A DNA stretch of 63,419 nt, counting the filler, from Octopus bimaculoides (Eukaryota): NCBI RefSeq assembly GCF_001194135.2. It is 6 parts of 5 records of this genome, joined end to end, with 100 filler letters (N's around TTAATTAATTAA, not from the genome) between each part and the next. Parts side by side here need not be neighbours in the genome. Positions count along the whole stretch, not along the records: positions 1 to 12,081 come from NW_026407190.1; positions 12,182 to 37,655 come from NC_068982.1; 4 more parts are not named here. One strand, given 5' to 3'. Below are positions 11,338 through 22,646 of the stretch, piece by piece; the first letter of the stretch is position 1; every line of letters starts with the position of its first letter. A program made the position numbers and the translations under genes. A model generated the notes under the pieces. That model worked only from the letters and a program-made list of their open reading frames with translations. It ran no database searches and had not been told where the DNA came from.

Positions 11338-11624
11338 CTTTCTGTATTCCCGAGCGTCAAACTAATACATCCTTTTGTTGTTTACACCACCTGTCCTCGT
11401 CTGCTGTTGTTTTTTTTCGTACATTCTCCCATATATATGTGTGTGCATGCACACACGTATATACATACAAATATACATATATGTACAGGAAACACTCTTC
11501 ACAATATTCAAATTAAAACTAAATAGCTGATAAAAGTTTGAATGCTTTCAAATATAATCACAATACTTTAAGTTAACCATATGACCCTATGACCTCTGAT
11601 ATCATTTTCTATTGTTAATTATGC

Positions 11625-11800
11625 ATGAGAACAGTTCTGCTTTAAAATTCATGAGATGTAAGTCGTTCATGTGACACCAGGCTGAAGTGAGTTCATTTCC
11701 TTTATTCAGGATTGGTGAAGGTGTGGTAAATAATATGAAGTTTCTCTGTGATACAGAGGTCACAGCATCTGGGACCTTCTTGGAAGGATGGTGATGAACT
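11625..11800 (-). mobile_element. Penelope-like GIY-YIG C-terminal remnant
   Basis: Minus strand: RCCDLCITEKLHII then, after a frameshift, ILNKGNELTSAWCHMN, matching CxLCLxEK..LNKRSELxxxCRH. Confidence 0.7.
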
Positions 11801-12125
11801 TTTTTACTCACTAGTTAGTGGTTGTGGCTGTTGCTTGGTGTAGAAAGTCACAGAATTCTGAGCCATTCATTAAACGATGTTAACATATCTAGCATCGGTA
11901 GTTGGTAATTGTTTGTGGCAGCCATTATAGTGAGAATGGATTGGGAGTTAGATATGAGAAACAGATGTGTTAGGAAATAGATGGATAGAGACAGAGAGAG
12001 AGAGAGAGAGAGAGCAGAGAGAGAGAGAGCAGAGAGAGAGAGCAGAGAGAGAGAGAGAGAGAGAGAGCAGAGAGAGAGAGANNNNNNNNNNNNNNNNNNN
12101 NNNNNNNNNNNNNNNNNNNNNNNNN

Positions 12126-12137
12126 TTAATTAATTAA
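12126..12137. other. Artificial scaffold linker TTAATTAATTAA
   Basis: Palindromic six-frame stop flanked by 44 N on each side (100 bp total). Confidence 0.95.
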
Positions 12138-12181
12138 NNNNNNNNNNNNNNNNNNNNNNNNNNNNNNNNNNNNNNNNNNNN

Positions 12182-12214
<33 letters not shown>

Positions 12215-12470
12215 CACCGGAGTAAGCATATGAAATGTGCAACAAGGTGGAAAAAAGAGTACTCAAATACCAGAGGTAGAGTAATATGCTTTATTTAAAA
12301 GCAGCAGTTATATTTCTGCTGCTTTTAAATAAAGTATATATATATATTATGTATATATATATTACGTATACATATCTATACACACACACACATACATAAT
12401 GATGCATGAATGTACATATATATCAATTATTATATATGTACATGTGCATATAGATATATGCATACATACA

Positions 12471-12507
<37 letters not shown>

Positions 12508-12604
12508 CTTTCTTTCTAAACACGTTATTGAATGCACTGAAACGATTGTATTCCACTCTTATCACTTATCAGGATTTTTTTGCATACATTCTTTACGCTT
12601 TCTT

Positions 12605-12750
12605 ATAACTTAGCGGTTCGGCAAAAAGACATTGATAGAATAAGAACAAGGCTTAAAAAGAAAGGCCTGCCGTCGATTTGTTTAACTAAAGCCCTTTGAA
12701 CGATGCCCCAGCATGGCCTTAGTCAAATAACTGAAACAAGTAATGGGTAA
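12605..12750 (+). mobile_element. SINE family A, 3' half
   Basis: AACTTAGCGGTTCGGCAAAAAG..GATAGAATAAG..CCCCAGCATGGCC..AACTGAAACAAGTAA. Confidence 0.75.
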
Positions 12751-13067
12751 AAGGCATTCTGTAAATGTTTCTAGTCTGTTCTACCACATAAAACAACACA
12801 AAAGGAAAAATACATAGAAAAGCATCTATACTCTACTGAATACGAGCTATAGATTATTAGCAATTGTTTCTTATCTAACTGACATTTTTCATTGCTTTAG
12901 AAAAATCCTAACATCACAAACGATGAAATCGTGGAAGAGCTAGCCTAAGCTATCAAGTCACCATCACTGCTAGACGAAGGAAGCTGATTGGCCATCTATA
13001 TTGCTTACCGTAGGATAGGCCGATAAACGCAAGAGACAGTTGAAAGGGGAATAAATGGAGGCAGGGA

Positions 13068-13133
13068 GGCGAAGACGTGGCGAAGACGTGGCGAAGTCGT
13101 GGCGAAGACGTGGCGAAGAATGGGCGAAGACCT
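13068..13133. repeat. 11-bp minisatellite (GGCGAAGACGT) x6
   Basis: Six contiguous units read directly; three of them carry substitutions. Confidence 0.95.
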
Positions 13134-13264
13134 GACCGAGATGGGTGTTGCCATTAGAAGTAGTGTGCTTTTTGGTTCAGAATAGTGCCGTTTGGAGAAC
13201 TCTTATCGCCAGACTCTCATTGAATGAACAGAGATTGCATCATCAATTACATCATCAGTTTAGG

Positions 13265-13370
13265 TATGAGGGGAGTCGAACTCAGTACTTCACTGGTACT
13301 TCATTTTATCCACCCTGGAAATATCGAAGGCTAGGTTGACGTTAGTGTGATTTGAACTCAGAACGTAAAT
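13265..13370 (-). mobile_element. SINE family B fragment
   Basis: ACTGGTACTTCATTTTATC..GATTTGAACTCAGAACGTAAA. Confidence 0.55.
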
Positions 13371-13689
13371 AATAATGGAAACGGTAATCACAACACAGTA
13401 CAAAACTACAATAAACACACGGACAACTAACTCTAACCACAAATCCGACGCACAAGTTAAATTCAGATTATATCGTCTACAGAGAGTTGCAGTTTATTTT
13501 GAAATTTGCTTTTAATCCCAGCCATTGCTGAAAATCCAGCTTCACAATTTTAAGATGACGCGAAAGAAAGAAGTACTTTTAATGCTTCGGTGGAAATGAT
13601 TGGGTACAACCAGTCTGGTATTGAAAACATGAGTCCTGAACTATCTCGATAGACAGCAGTTAATCAAAGCTAATGCGTAATTTTATAAC

Positions 13690-13759
13690 TTTTTGTGACC
13701 CACTAGGATTCCGTTCGCGACCCATCAGTGGGTCACGACTCATAGTTTGGGAACCACTG
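13690..13759. mobile_element. hAT-type MITE end fragment
   Basis: Ends TTTGGGAACCACTG (inverse of CAGTGGTTCCCAAA). A similar end is at 14245-14259. No partner TIR was found. Confidence 0.4.
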
Positions 13760-14680
13760 GTCTACACTAATCACATTAGCTCTGCTAGTTATAAAGAAGC
13801 AGGAGCAAACATCAAAAACGTTTCATCTTGGTGTTATTGCAATGGTTTAATTAGTGAAATTTTATTGAAATGAACTTGACTTCTGGTTGCAATAGAAACA
13901 ATGGTTACCGTGTTTTCAGCTTAAAATCTGCAAAAGAAAGACCTCTCTTGCTTCAATTACAAGTGAATCCAATCGTGAAACTTTTCACATTTCCTTAAAA
14001 TTATTTCCCTTTTTTTCCTTCCGAGATACTGAAAATTGCTGCATCTTAGAAAGAAATTTCAATATAACAAAGATCTTCCAAAACTCAAGGAAACAAATTC
14101 AACTCCAGACTTTTTTTAAACCTAACTCCCCCACCTCTCTCACGCACACGCACGCGCGCGCGCACGTGGACATCTAAAATACCACTGTGGACAATCAATT
14201 TACTCTTTTACTCGTATGGACCCCTCAAATCTTATATGAACCCCAGTTGGGAACCACTGCTCTGAATCGCAGAATTCCAGTCTTCTTCGGGGCGAGTACT
14301 TACTCACTAAAATCCTGTCTTTCTAGCAACCTAGGCGCTGTCAATAACGGTTCAACTATGCCCAGAATCAACACAGTACAGATTAAAATCATAATCATTT
14401 CTTATTGCATTTTGTTTTTCACCAATTTGAATTACCATTTATTTACTCTTTTACTTATTTCAGTCATTTGACTGTGGCCATGCTGGAGCACCGCCTTTAG
14501 TCGAGCAAATCGACCCCAGGACTTATTCTCTGTAAGCCTAGTACTTATTCTATTGGTCACTTTTGCCGAACCGCTATGTTACGGGGACGTAAACACACCA
14601 GCATCGGTTGTCAAGCGATGTTCGGTTGGGGGACAAACACAGACAAATAACATATACACACACACATATATATATATATA

Positions 14681-14868
14681 TGGGAGATTATACGAAAAAA
14701 CAACAACAGACGAGGACAGGTGGTGTAAATAACAAAAGGATGTATTAGTATGACGCTCGGGAATACGGAAAGTCTTTGACGTTTCGAGCTACGCTCTTCA
14801 ACAGAAAGAATACGGAGACAAGGAGAAAAACACGGAGAAAAAAATGAATAGTGTTCAGTCAACGGTCA
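14681..14868 (-). mobile_element. Family F element nested in the SINE microsatellite
   Basis: Near-identical reverse complement of the unit at 11265-11430. Confidence 0.85.
14773..14809 (-). ncRNA. Best minimal type I hammerhead-like motif (GUC site)
   Basis: Minus strand TCTTT-CTGTTGA-A-GAGC-GTA-GCTC-GAAAC-GTC-AAAGA. Confidence 0.6.
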
Positions 14869-15157
14869 ATATACGACGGGCTTCTTTCAGTTTCTGTCTA
14901 CCAAATCCACTCACAAGGCTTTGGTCACCCCGAGGCTATAGTAGAAGACACTTGCGCAAGGTGCCACGCAGTGGGACTGAACCCGGAACCACGTGGTTCG
15001 TAAGCAAGCTACTTACCACACAGCCATTCCTATTCGTTTATTTACTTAATTATTTATTTTATTAACAAGAATTAGTCAACTAGAGAAAATATATCTCCCC
15101 ACCCCAAATGTCAGTTTAATTAATTATAATTTTTGATCTATACGTTTATTGTATTAG

Positions 15158-15361
15158 CAGTGAAGGCGCATAACTTAGAGATTTGAGTATTCGGCTCCAA
15201 ATCCTTGTCGCATTCTTTGCCGTGCTGAATCTCCCTGAGAACTACTTTAAGAATACGTATGTCTATGGAGTGCTCAGCTACTTTCGCGTTAATTTCACAA
15301 GCAGGTTGTTCTATTGATCGGATCAGCTGGAACTCTCGTCCTCGTAAGCGACAGAGTGCCA
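15158..15361 (+). mobile_element. SINE family C, degenerate
   Basis: GCTGAATCTCCCTGAGAACTAC..GGAGTGCTCAGC..GATCGGATCAGCTGGAAC..CGACAGAGTGCCA tail, homologous to 25387-25560. Confidence 0.75.
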
Positions 15362-15845
15362 GTTAGTGATTAGCGGCTAACCGAGTGAACTTTTAAATTC
15401 ACAATTTACTAGTTTTTCTTTGGCTCCAGTTCCACTACTAATCAAGCGAACTTACATGTCCGACGAAGTTGCACACAATCTCCGTCTACTCTCTCTAACT
15501 TAAAAGACTTGGGTTCAGCCGAATCTATGTTAAAGGATAAAAAAGCACTTGCTCAAGTTGCACTGTATCTTTTACTTTTAAAATCTAATGGCAATAAACT
15601 TCATTGAACTGAGCTGAAATAAATTTATCTGAACTGTCTTCTTAATTTTAGCGAAGGGATTTAAAGTAAATTGAAATGAAATTTAACTTTATTGATGTGA
15701 ATTGATATTAATTGAAAGGATTTTCACACACTTCGAAATATATCTGAACACAGCTCTTTACAGATTCCTGTAAGTTATATACACGCACAAACAAGCCCCC
15801 TCCACTCACACACAGGTACAAACAAACATACATAAACATAGGTTT

Positions 15846-16150
15846 AGGCATAGCCGTGGAGTAAATGGCTTGCTTCCAATCACATAGTTCCGGGTTCAGT
15901 CCCGCTGCGTGGTACCTTGGTAAAGTGTCTTCTACTCTAGCCTCGGGCCGACCAAAGCCTTGTGAGTAGATTTGGTAGACGGAAACTGCAAGAAGCCCGT
16001 CGTATGTGTGTGTGTGTGTGTGTGTCTTCGTTTCTGTGTTTGTCCCCCACCACTGCTGGTGTGTTTACGCCCCCCATAACTTTGCGGTTTGGCAAAAACG
16101 ACCGATAGAACAAGTACCAGGCTTAACGCTGGGGTCGATGCATTCGGCCA
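15846..16150 (+). mobile_element. SINE family A (truncated by gap)
   Basis: tRNA-like head with GGTTCAGTCCC, internal (GT)n, then the 3' half. Confidence 0.85.
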
Positions 16151-16550
16151 NNNNNNNNNNNNNNNNNNNNNNNNNNNNNNNNNNNNNNNNNNNNNNNNNN
16201 NNNNNNNNNNNNNNNNNNNNNNNNNNNNNNNNNNNNNNNNNNNNNNNNNNNNNNNNNNNNNNNNNNNNNNNNNNNNNNNNNNNNNNNNNNNNNNNNNNNN
16301 NNNNNNNNNNNNNNNNNNNNNNNNNNNNNNNNNNNNNNNNNNNNNNNNNNNNNNNNNNNNNNNNNNNNNNNNNNNNNNNNNNNNNNNNNNNNNNNNNNNN
16401 NNNNNNNNNNNNNNNNNNNNNNNNNNNNNNNNNNNNNNNNNNNNNNNNNNNNNNNNNNNNNNNNNNNNNNNNNNNNNNNNNNNNNNNNNNNNNNNNNNNN
16501 NNNNNNNNNNNNNNNNNNNNNNNNNNNNNNNNNNNNNNNNNNNNNNNNNN

Positions 16551-16827
16551 AACTTGCAGACCCCTTTATATTTCAGGCTTTACCTTAAGGACCCCCTTAT
16601 AAACGCTTATGAAATTTATACATAAATATTTGCTTAAAATAACATATATTTTTACATTTATTTATTTAACAGTATTTAACAAATCGGATTATTGTCAATT
16701 AAAAGATTTTGATTAAAAAACATATATAAAATCAAGTTGCCCATAAAAAGTATTTGCTGTCCACGGACCCCCAGTCTTGTCCTTGCGGACCCCCTGTGGT
16801 CCGCGGACCACAGTTTGAAAACCCCTG
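16551..16827. mobile_element. hAT-type MITE (TIR CAGGGGTTTTCAAA)
   Basis: Ends TTTGAAAACCCCTG. Opposite-orientation homologue at 39389-39617 shows the other end with the same TIR. Confidence 0.8.
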
Positions 16828-16960
16828 CCTTAGATAATGTGGTCCTAAATATAGCATACCTGAAAAGAGAAAGACGGGATGGATGGTCACGGCTGGAATG
16901 CTTTTGATCAAGCATTGGACTGGTTCATCAGGGCTCACCTGAATCTAGACTAAAACAACA
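16828..16960 (+). mobile_element. SINE family D, 3' part
   Basis: GATAATGTGGTCC..GGATGGTCACGGCTGGAATGC..ATCAGGGCTCACC..CTAAAACAACA; shared with 56080-56282 and 56700-56886. Confidence 0.6.
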
Positions 16961-17143
16961 TACACATACACACATGCATACACAGATACACACATACACA
17001 CATACACACATACAGACACTCATACATGCAGGTCATGTACACCAGCCTATGCTAGGTTGTTAGATTTCAGTGCTTAATCCGTCTCTCTCTATATATTATG
17101 TCTGCTTCCCTAACAAACACACACACACTTTCTCTCTCTCTCT

Positions 17144-17186
<43 letters not shown>

Positions 17187-18214
17187 GGTTTTTCTCCTTA
17201 ACGTTCTCACCTTCTCATCCTCTTTGTCTTTCAGTTTGTCTCTCTTTCATTAAAATTACCCATGTCTTGTTTTCCTATCGATTCCCCTCTTCCCTCTATA
17301 ACCTTTTCTTCTCCACCTCAGTCCCAGAGATTACACGATTTTTTTCCTCTACCTCTCTCATTTCCTTAATTTCTCTCTCTCTTTCTCACTTTTATTGTCA
17401 CTTACTTTCTCTTTCGCTGTCAATCACTGTTTATTTCTGTACCTCCCGCTTTCACTAATTGCTCTCTGTCTGTCTGTCTCTCTCTTTCTCTATCTGTCTG
17501 TCTCTCTTTATCTGTCTGCCTGTCTCTCTCCATCTGTCTGTCTGTCTCTCTCTTTCTCTCTCTAATTATCTATTTATGACTTTCTCAGTTTGTCTGAGCC
17601 TCTTTCTCTATCATTATCGTCTTTTTTTATCTATTTCATTTTTCTGTCTTTTCTCTCACTCATTATTTCTCTCTCCCTCTCTCTCTTTCCATCTATCTAA
17701 CTATCTCTAACTCTCTCTCCCACTCATATATCTTTCTATCACATTCTACCTATTCCCCTTCTACCCTGTCTTATTCAGTCATTCTCTCAACCCCTCTCTC
17801 TATTCATCCATTCCTGCTTGTATATAAATCTCTTTCTCTCTCTCACTCGCTCATTAGCTGAAGCGGCTTTGCACTACATCCACACAAACTCACTCCTATT
17901 CGTTCACAATCAGCTATCGCCTCCTACTCCTCCTTTAGCTCCTCTCCTTCTTTGCACCACACGCCTTTCACTCCATTTCACACACTCCCTCAGCCCTCTT
18001 TTTTTTTGGGGTATTATTTATCTAGCTCAATCTTTAAGTTACACTCCACCCTATCACACTCAAGGGCCACATGCGCATTCTAGCTTTTTTAGAATTTTTT
18101 TTGCCTCTCGCCTTCTACGTTATACGTTCTCCCCCCCCCCCCCATACATGCAATATAAATACATATTTATGCGAGTGTGTATGTGTGAATGTGTGTGCTT
18201 GTGTGTATGTGCGC

Positions 18215-18383
18215 GTCTCGTGGGCATCGGTACCATTTTCCTCTTTCTCCGTTCTTCCATTCTCCGAACTTTCCATCTTTCCGACGAAGGGCTACGCCCG
18301 AAACGTCATACACTCTCTCTTTCCTTTCCTGAGCGTCCAATAATACTATCCATATCACGTCCTCACTTTGTTGTTTTTTTGTT
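18215..18383 (+). mobile_element. Family F-related element with hammerhead-like core CCGACGA
   Basis: CCGACGA-A-GGGC-TAC-GCCC-GAAAC-GTC at 18281-18307; downstream GAGCGTCCAATAATAC parallels GAGCGTCAAACTAATAC of family F. Confidence 0.6.
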
Positions 18384-18952
18384 NNNNNNNNNNNNNNNNN
18401 NNNNNNNNNNNNNNNNNNNNNNNNNNNNNNNNNNNNNNNNNNNNNNNNNNNNNNNNNNNNNNNNNNNNNNNNNNNNNNNNNNNNNNNNNNNNNNNNNNNN
18501 NNNNNNNNNNNNNNNNNNNNNNNNNNNNNNNNNNNNNNNNNNNNNNNNNNNNNNNNNNNNNNNNNNNNNNNNNNNNNNNNNNNNNNNNNNNNNNNNNNNN
18601 NNNNNNNNNNNNNNNNNNNNNNNNNNNNNNNNNNNNNNNNNNNNNNNNNNNNNNNNNNNNNNNNNNNNNNNNNNNNNNNNNNNNNNNNNNNNNNNNNNNN
18701 NNNNNNNNNNNNNNNNNNNNNNNNNATATATATATATATATATATACGTATTCTGCCTTATCTTCGAAACGTCTAGTTAGAATAGAGGCAGCTGATGAAT
18801 AATTCCAAGTGGCTTTCTGTTTTCCTGTGTTCGTTCCGTTGTCTGTAGTTCATTGTTCTAACGTCCTGTACCCTGATATGCATCTATATACGCATGTAGA
18901 TGTAAGTATATACATATATGTGTGTATAGATGCATATATATATATATATACG

Positions 18953-18987
<35 letters not shown>

Positions 18988-19740
18988 ACATGCATACATG
19001 CAAATATGTATATGCACATTTTATTTCCCTCTTCGCAAATGGCATTTATTCACGTATCTCACTTGCATGCGCACGCACACATGCACACACACACACACAG
19101 AACGTCGCTCAATCACTAAATTAATCAATCTAATTAGCTCCCACCCTTCTCTCTCTCTCTCTGTCTCTCTCTGTCTCTCTCTCTCTCCCTGTCTCTCTTT
19201 CTCATGTATATAAGTACATGTACATCTGTGTGTGTACATATGCATGCGCATGTGAGTATGTGTGCATGGCTGTGCGCGCGCGCGATTGCAAGTTTACAAA
19301 ATGAGATTGTTGAGAACGAAGCGGAAGAGGTTTCTGAAGGTGATATGTGTACAGACTTATGCGCAGGCGCACAACTTTCTCAATATAGTCCAAACTATAC
19401 TTCACTCTACATGTAAATAACACAGATAATGGCACGAGATACTGTGCATGTGTATATGCATGTATGCACGTGTGCATGTGTGTATTTGCGTGTGTGTATG
19501 TGGGTACGTTTCCAATGGCAAGACGAGACATAGAGAGAGAGAGGGAGAGAGGGAGGGATAGATCGTTGAATTTTAGTACAAGTTCCTATACATAGACGAT
19601 ACAGGACCCTCTAGAAGAAAGATTTAGGCGGTCGTTCATCATGCTGGAAATAAATAGCTAAATCTCACTTAAGTCATATATATATACTGCCTTAAAAATG
19701 AAAATGATGCATTCAATAATATTGTCCGAGAAACATTATT

Positions 19741-20058
19741 AAGAAAGAAAGAAAGAAGGGACGAAAGAAAGAAAGAAAGAAGGAAAGAACGAAAGAAAGG
19801 ACGAAAGAACGAACGAAAGAATAGACGAAAGGAAGAAATAAAGAAAGGATGAAAGGAAGAAAGAAAGGACGAAAGAACGAAAGAAAGAAAGGACGAAAGA
19901 ACGAAAGAAAGAAAGGACAAAATAAAGAACGAAAGAAAGAAAGGACAAAATAAAGAACGAAAGAAAGTACAAAATAAAGAACGAAAGAAAGAAAGGACAA
20001 AAGAAAGAAAGAAAGAAAGGATGAACGAAAGAAAGAAAGAAGGAAGGAAGGAAGGAGG
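19741..20058. repeat. Compound (GAAA)n/(GAAAGGAC)n purine-rich tract
   Basis: Strand-asymmetric tract; source of the F/L/S ORFs. Confidence 0.95.
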
Positions 20059-20560
20059 CAAACATGACGTGATTCGGTTGGTTCTGCCCGATTAGAAAAG
20101 ATTCGTTCGCATACAACCTCTCCATACGCTGTCACACTAACATACACATACACACACATGGTCGCATTGTTTATTATTTGGTTCACCGTTGGTTTCGACG
20201 ATGATGTCCAGTTGTTCGACCGTCTCATTCAATAGATTTACGAAGTGACTGAGTGTTCCACGAACACCACTTATACCCTTAACATAATTCCCAGACACTA
20301 TCACCATGGCGGCACCCTATTAGTCATGTGCATAGTCCATCTGAGTGGCTTCTGTGCAGTTTCCGTTCACTCTTTTTCACTCATATGATACAGGTTCTCT
20401 CCAGACTATAGAAATTAATTAAAAATTGCTCAAGAAGCTACAGAGCAGAATTGAACGCGCGGCGTCGTTGTTGTGTGTGTACAAATACGGTAAGATCTAA
20501 AAAAATATGCTTTGCTGAGGAGGACTAATAAGACTGAAACTGGTTCGTTACTTTCTTTAG

Positions 20561-20726
20561 TTACTCTTTTACTCTTTTACTTGTTTCAGTCATTTGACTG
20601 TGGCCTTGCTGGAGCACCGCCTTTAGTCGAGCAAATCGACCCCAGGACTAATTCTTTTGTAAGCCTAGTACTTATTCTATCGGTCTCTTTTTGCCGAACC
20701 GCTAAGTTACGGGGACGTAAACACAC
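20561..20726 (-). mobile_element. SINE family A, 3' half
   Basis: TTACTCTTTTACTTGTTTCAGTCATTTGACTG..GTCGAGCAAATCGACCCCAGG; ends at a gap. Confidence 0.85.
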
Positions 20727-21224
20727 NNNNNNNNNNNNNNNNNNNNNNNNNNNNNNNNNNNNNNNNNNNNNNNNNNNNNNNNNNNNNNNNNNNNNNNNNN
20801 NNNNNNNNNNNNNNNNNNNNNNNNNNNNNNNNNNNNNNNNNNNNNNNNNNNNNNNNNNNNNNNNNNNNNNNNNNNNNNNNNNNNNNNNNNNNNNNNNNNN
20901 NNNNNNNNNNNNNNNNNNNNNNNNNNNNNNNNNNNNNNNNNNNNNNNNNNNNNNNNNNNNNNNNNNNNNNNNNNNNNNNNNNNNNNNNNNNNNNNNNNNN
21001 NNNNNNNNNNNNNNNNNNNNNNNNNNNNNNNNNNNNNNNNNNNNNNNNNNNNNNNNNNNNNNNNNNNNNNNNNNNNNNNNNNNNNNNNNNNNNNNNNNNN
21101 NNNNNNNNNNNNNNNNNNNNNTACAAGCTACTAGTAACTTATACTCGCCTGCTAGTAAACTTAAAGCCCGCCGCGCGCACGTGTGTATAATATAATATGA
21201 TATTTTATTATGCGCTCTTTTAAA

Positions 21225-21385
21225 GCCTAGCTAGGTTCATGGGCCCGGTTTCCCGGTTTCTATGGCGTATGTGTTCCCCCCAGCTGGACGGGACGCCAGT
21301 CCATCTCAGCGTTACTCAAGAAACAGGAAGAAAGAGTGAGAGAAAGTTGGGGCGAATTAGTACAACAGGGGCCTCGTGGAGCTAT
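21225..21385 (-). mobile_element. SINE related to family C with a different 3' tail
   Basis: Shares CCACGAGG..CAACTTTCTCTCACTCTTTCTTCCTGTTTC with family C, then ends GGAAACCGGGCCCATGAACCTAGCTAGG. Confidence 0.5.
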
Positions 21386-21484
21386 ATGCATGAGAATACA
21401 CACATAAAATAAAGCATACAAATCTGCTCGTATACATACATACATACATGCATACATACATACATACATGCATGTTTGTATATA

Positions 21485-21935
21485 TGTAGTTGTGCGGTAA
21501 GAAACTTACTTCCACACGGTTCCGGGTTCAGCCCCTCTGCGAGGAACTTTGACAAGTGTATTCTACTAAAGCCACGGGGCAATCAAAGCCTTGTGAATAG
21601 ATTTGGTAGACGGAAACTGAAAGAAGCCCGTCGTGTGTGTGTGTGTGTGTGTGTGTGTGTACATACATACATACATACATAAATATGTATGCTTGTACGT
21701 ATGTATGTATATATTTATGTGCGTGTCTTTGTGTCTTTGTTTGTCTCCAGCCATCGCTTGACAACCGATGTTGGTGTGTTTACATCCCCGTAACCTTAGC
21801 GATTCGGCAAAGGAGACCGATTGAACAATTACTAATCTTACAAAAATAAATCCTGGGATCGATTTCTTCGACTAAGACCCTGTCAGGTAGTGTTCCAGCA
21901 TGGCCGCATTCAAATAACTGAAACAAGCAAAAGAA
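21485..21935 (+). mobile_element. SINE family A, full length with expanded internal microsatellite
   Basis: Head (GGTTCCGGGTTCAG), (GT)n/(ACAT)n middle and CCAGCATGGCCGC..ACTGAAACAAG tail. Confidence 0.8.
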
Positions 21936-21950
21936 GTGAAGGCTAAAAGA

Positions 21951-21982
<32 letters not shown>

Positions 21983-22603
21983 NNNNNNNNNNNNNNNNNN
22001 NNNNNNNNNNNNNNNNNNNNNNNNNNNNNNNNNNNNNNNNNNNNNNNNNNNNNNNNNNNNNNNNNNNNNNNNNNNNNNNNNNNNNNNNNNNNNNNNNNNN
22101 NNNNNNNNNNNNNNNNNNNNNNNNNNNNNNNNNNNNNNNNNNNNNNNNNNNNNNNNNNNNNNNNNNNNNNNNNNNNNNNNNNNNNNNNNNNNNNNNNNNN
22201 NNNNNNNNNNNNNNNNNNNNNNNNNNNNNNNNNNNNNNNNNNNNNNNNNNNNNNNNNNNNNNNNNNNNNNNNNNNNNNNNNNNNNNNNNNNNNNNNNNNN
22301 NNNNNNNNNNNNNNNNNNNNNNNNNNNNNNNNNNNNNNNNNNNNNNNNNNNNNNNNNNNNNNNNNNNNNNNNNNNNNNNNNNNNNNNNNNNNNNNNNNNN
22401 NNNNNNNNNNNNNNNNNNNNNNNNNNNNNNNNNNNNNNNNNNNNNNNNNNNNNNNNNNNNNNNNNNNNNNNNNNNNNNNNNNNNNNNNNNNNNNNNNNNN
22501 NNNNNNNNNNNNNNNNNNNNNNNNNNNNNNNNNNNNNNNNNNNNNNNNNNNNNNNNNNNNNNNNNNNNNNNNNNNNNNNNNNNNNNNNNNNNNNNNNNNN
22601 NNN

Positions 22604-22646
<43 letters not shown>

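Larger units (their letters stand above)
11085..11430 (+). mobile_element. Tandem dimer of family F element
   Basis: Two head-to-tail units, 155 bp apart at the hammerhead motif, flanked by (CA)/(TA) repeats. Confidence 0.85.
14443..15031 (-). mobile_element. Full SINE family A interrupted by a family F element
   Basis: Tail half at 14443-14645, head half at 14872-15031 (GGAATGGCTGTGTGGTAAG..GGTTCAGTCCC), with the insert lying in the internal microsatellite. Confidence 0.85.

Noticed and set aside
18755-18815. GAAACGTC followed by CTGATGA (possible type II hammerhead)
   Set aside because: Neither stem I nor stem II can be paired.
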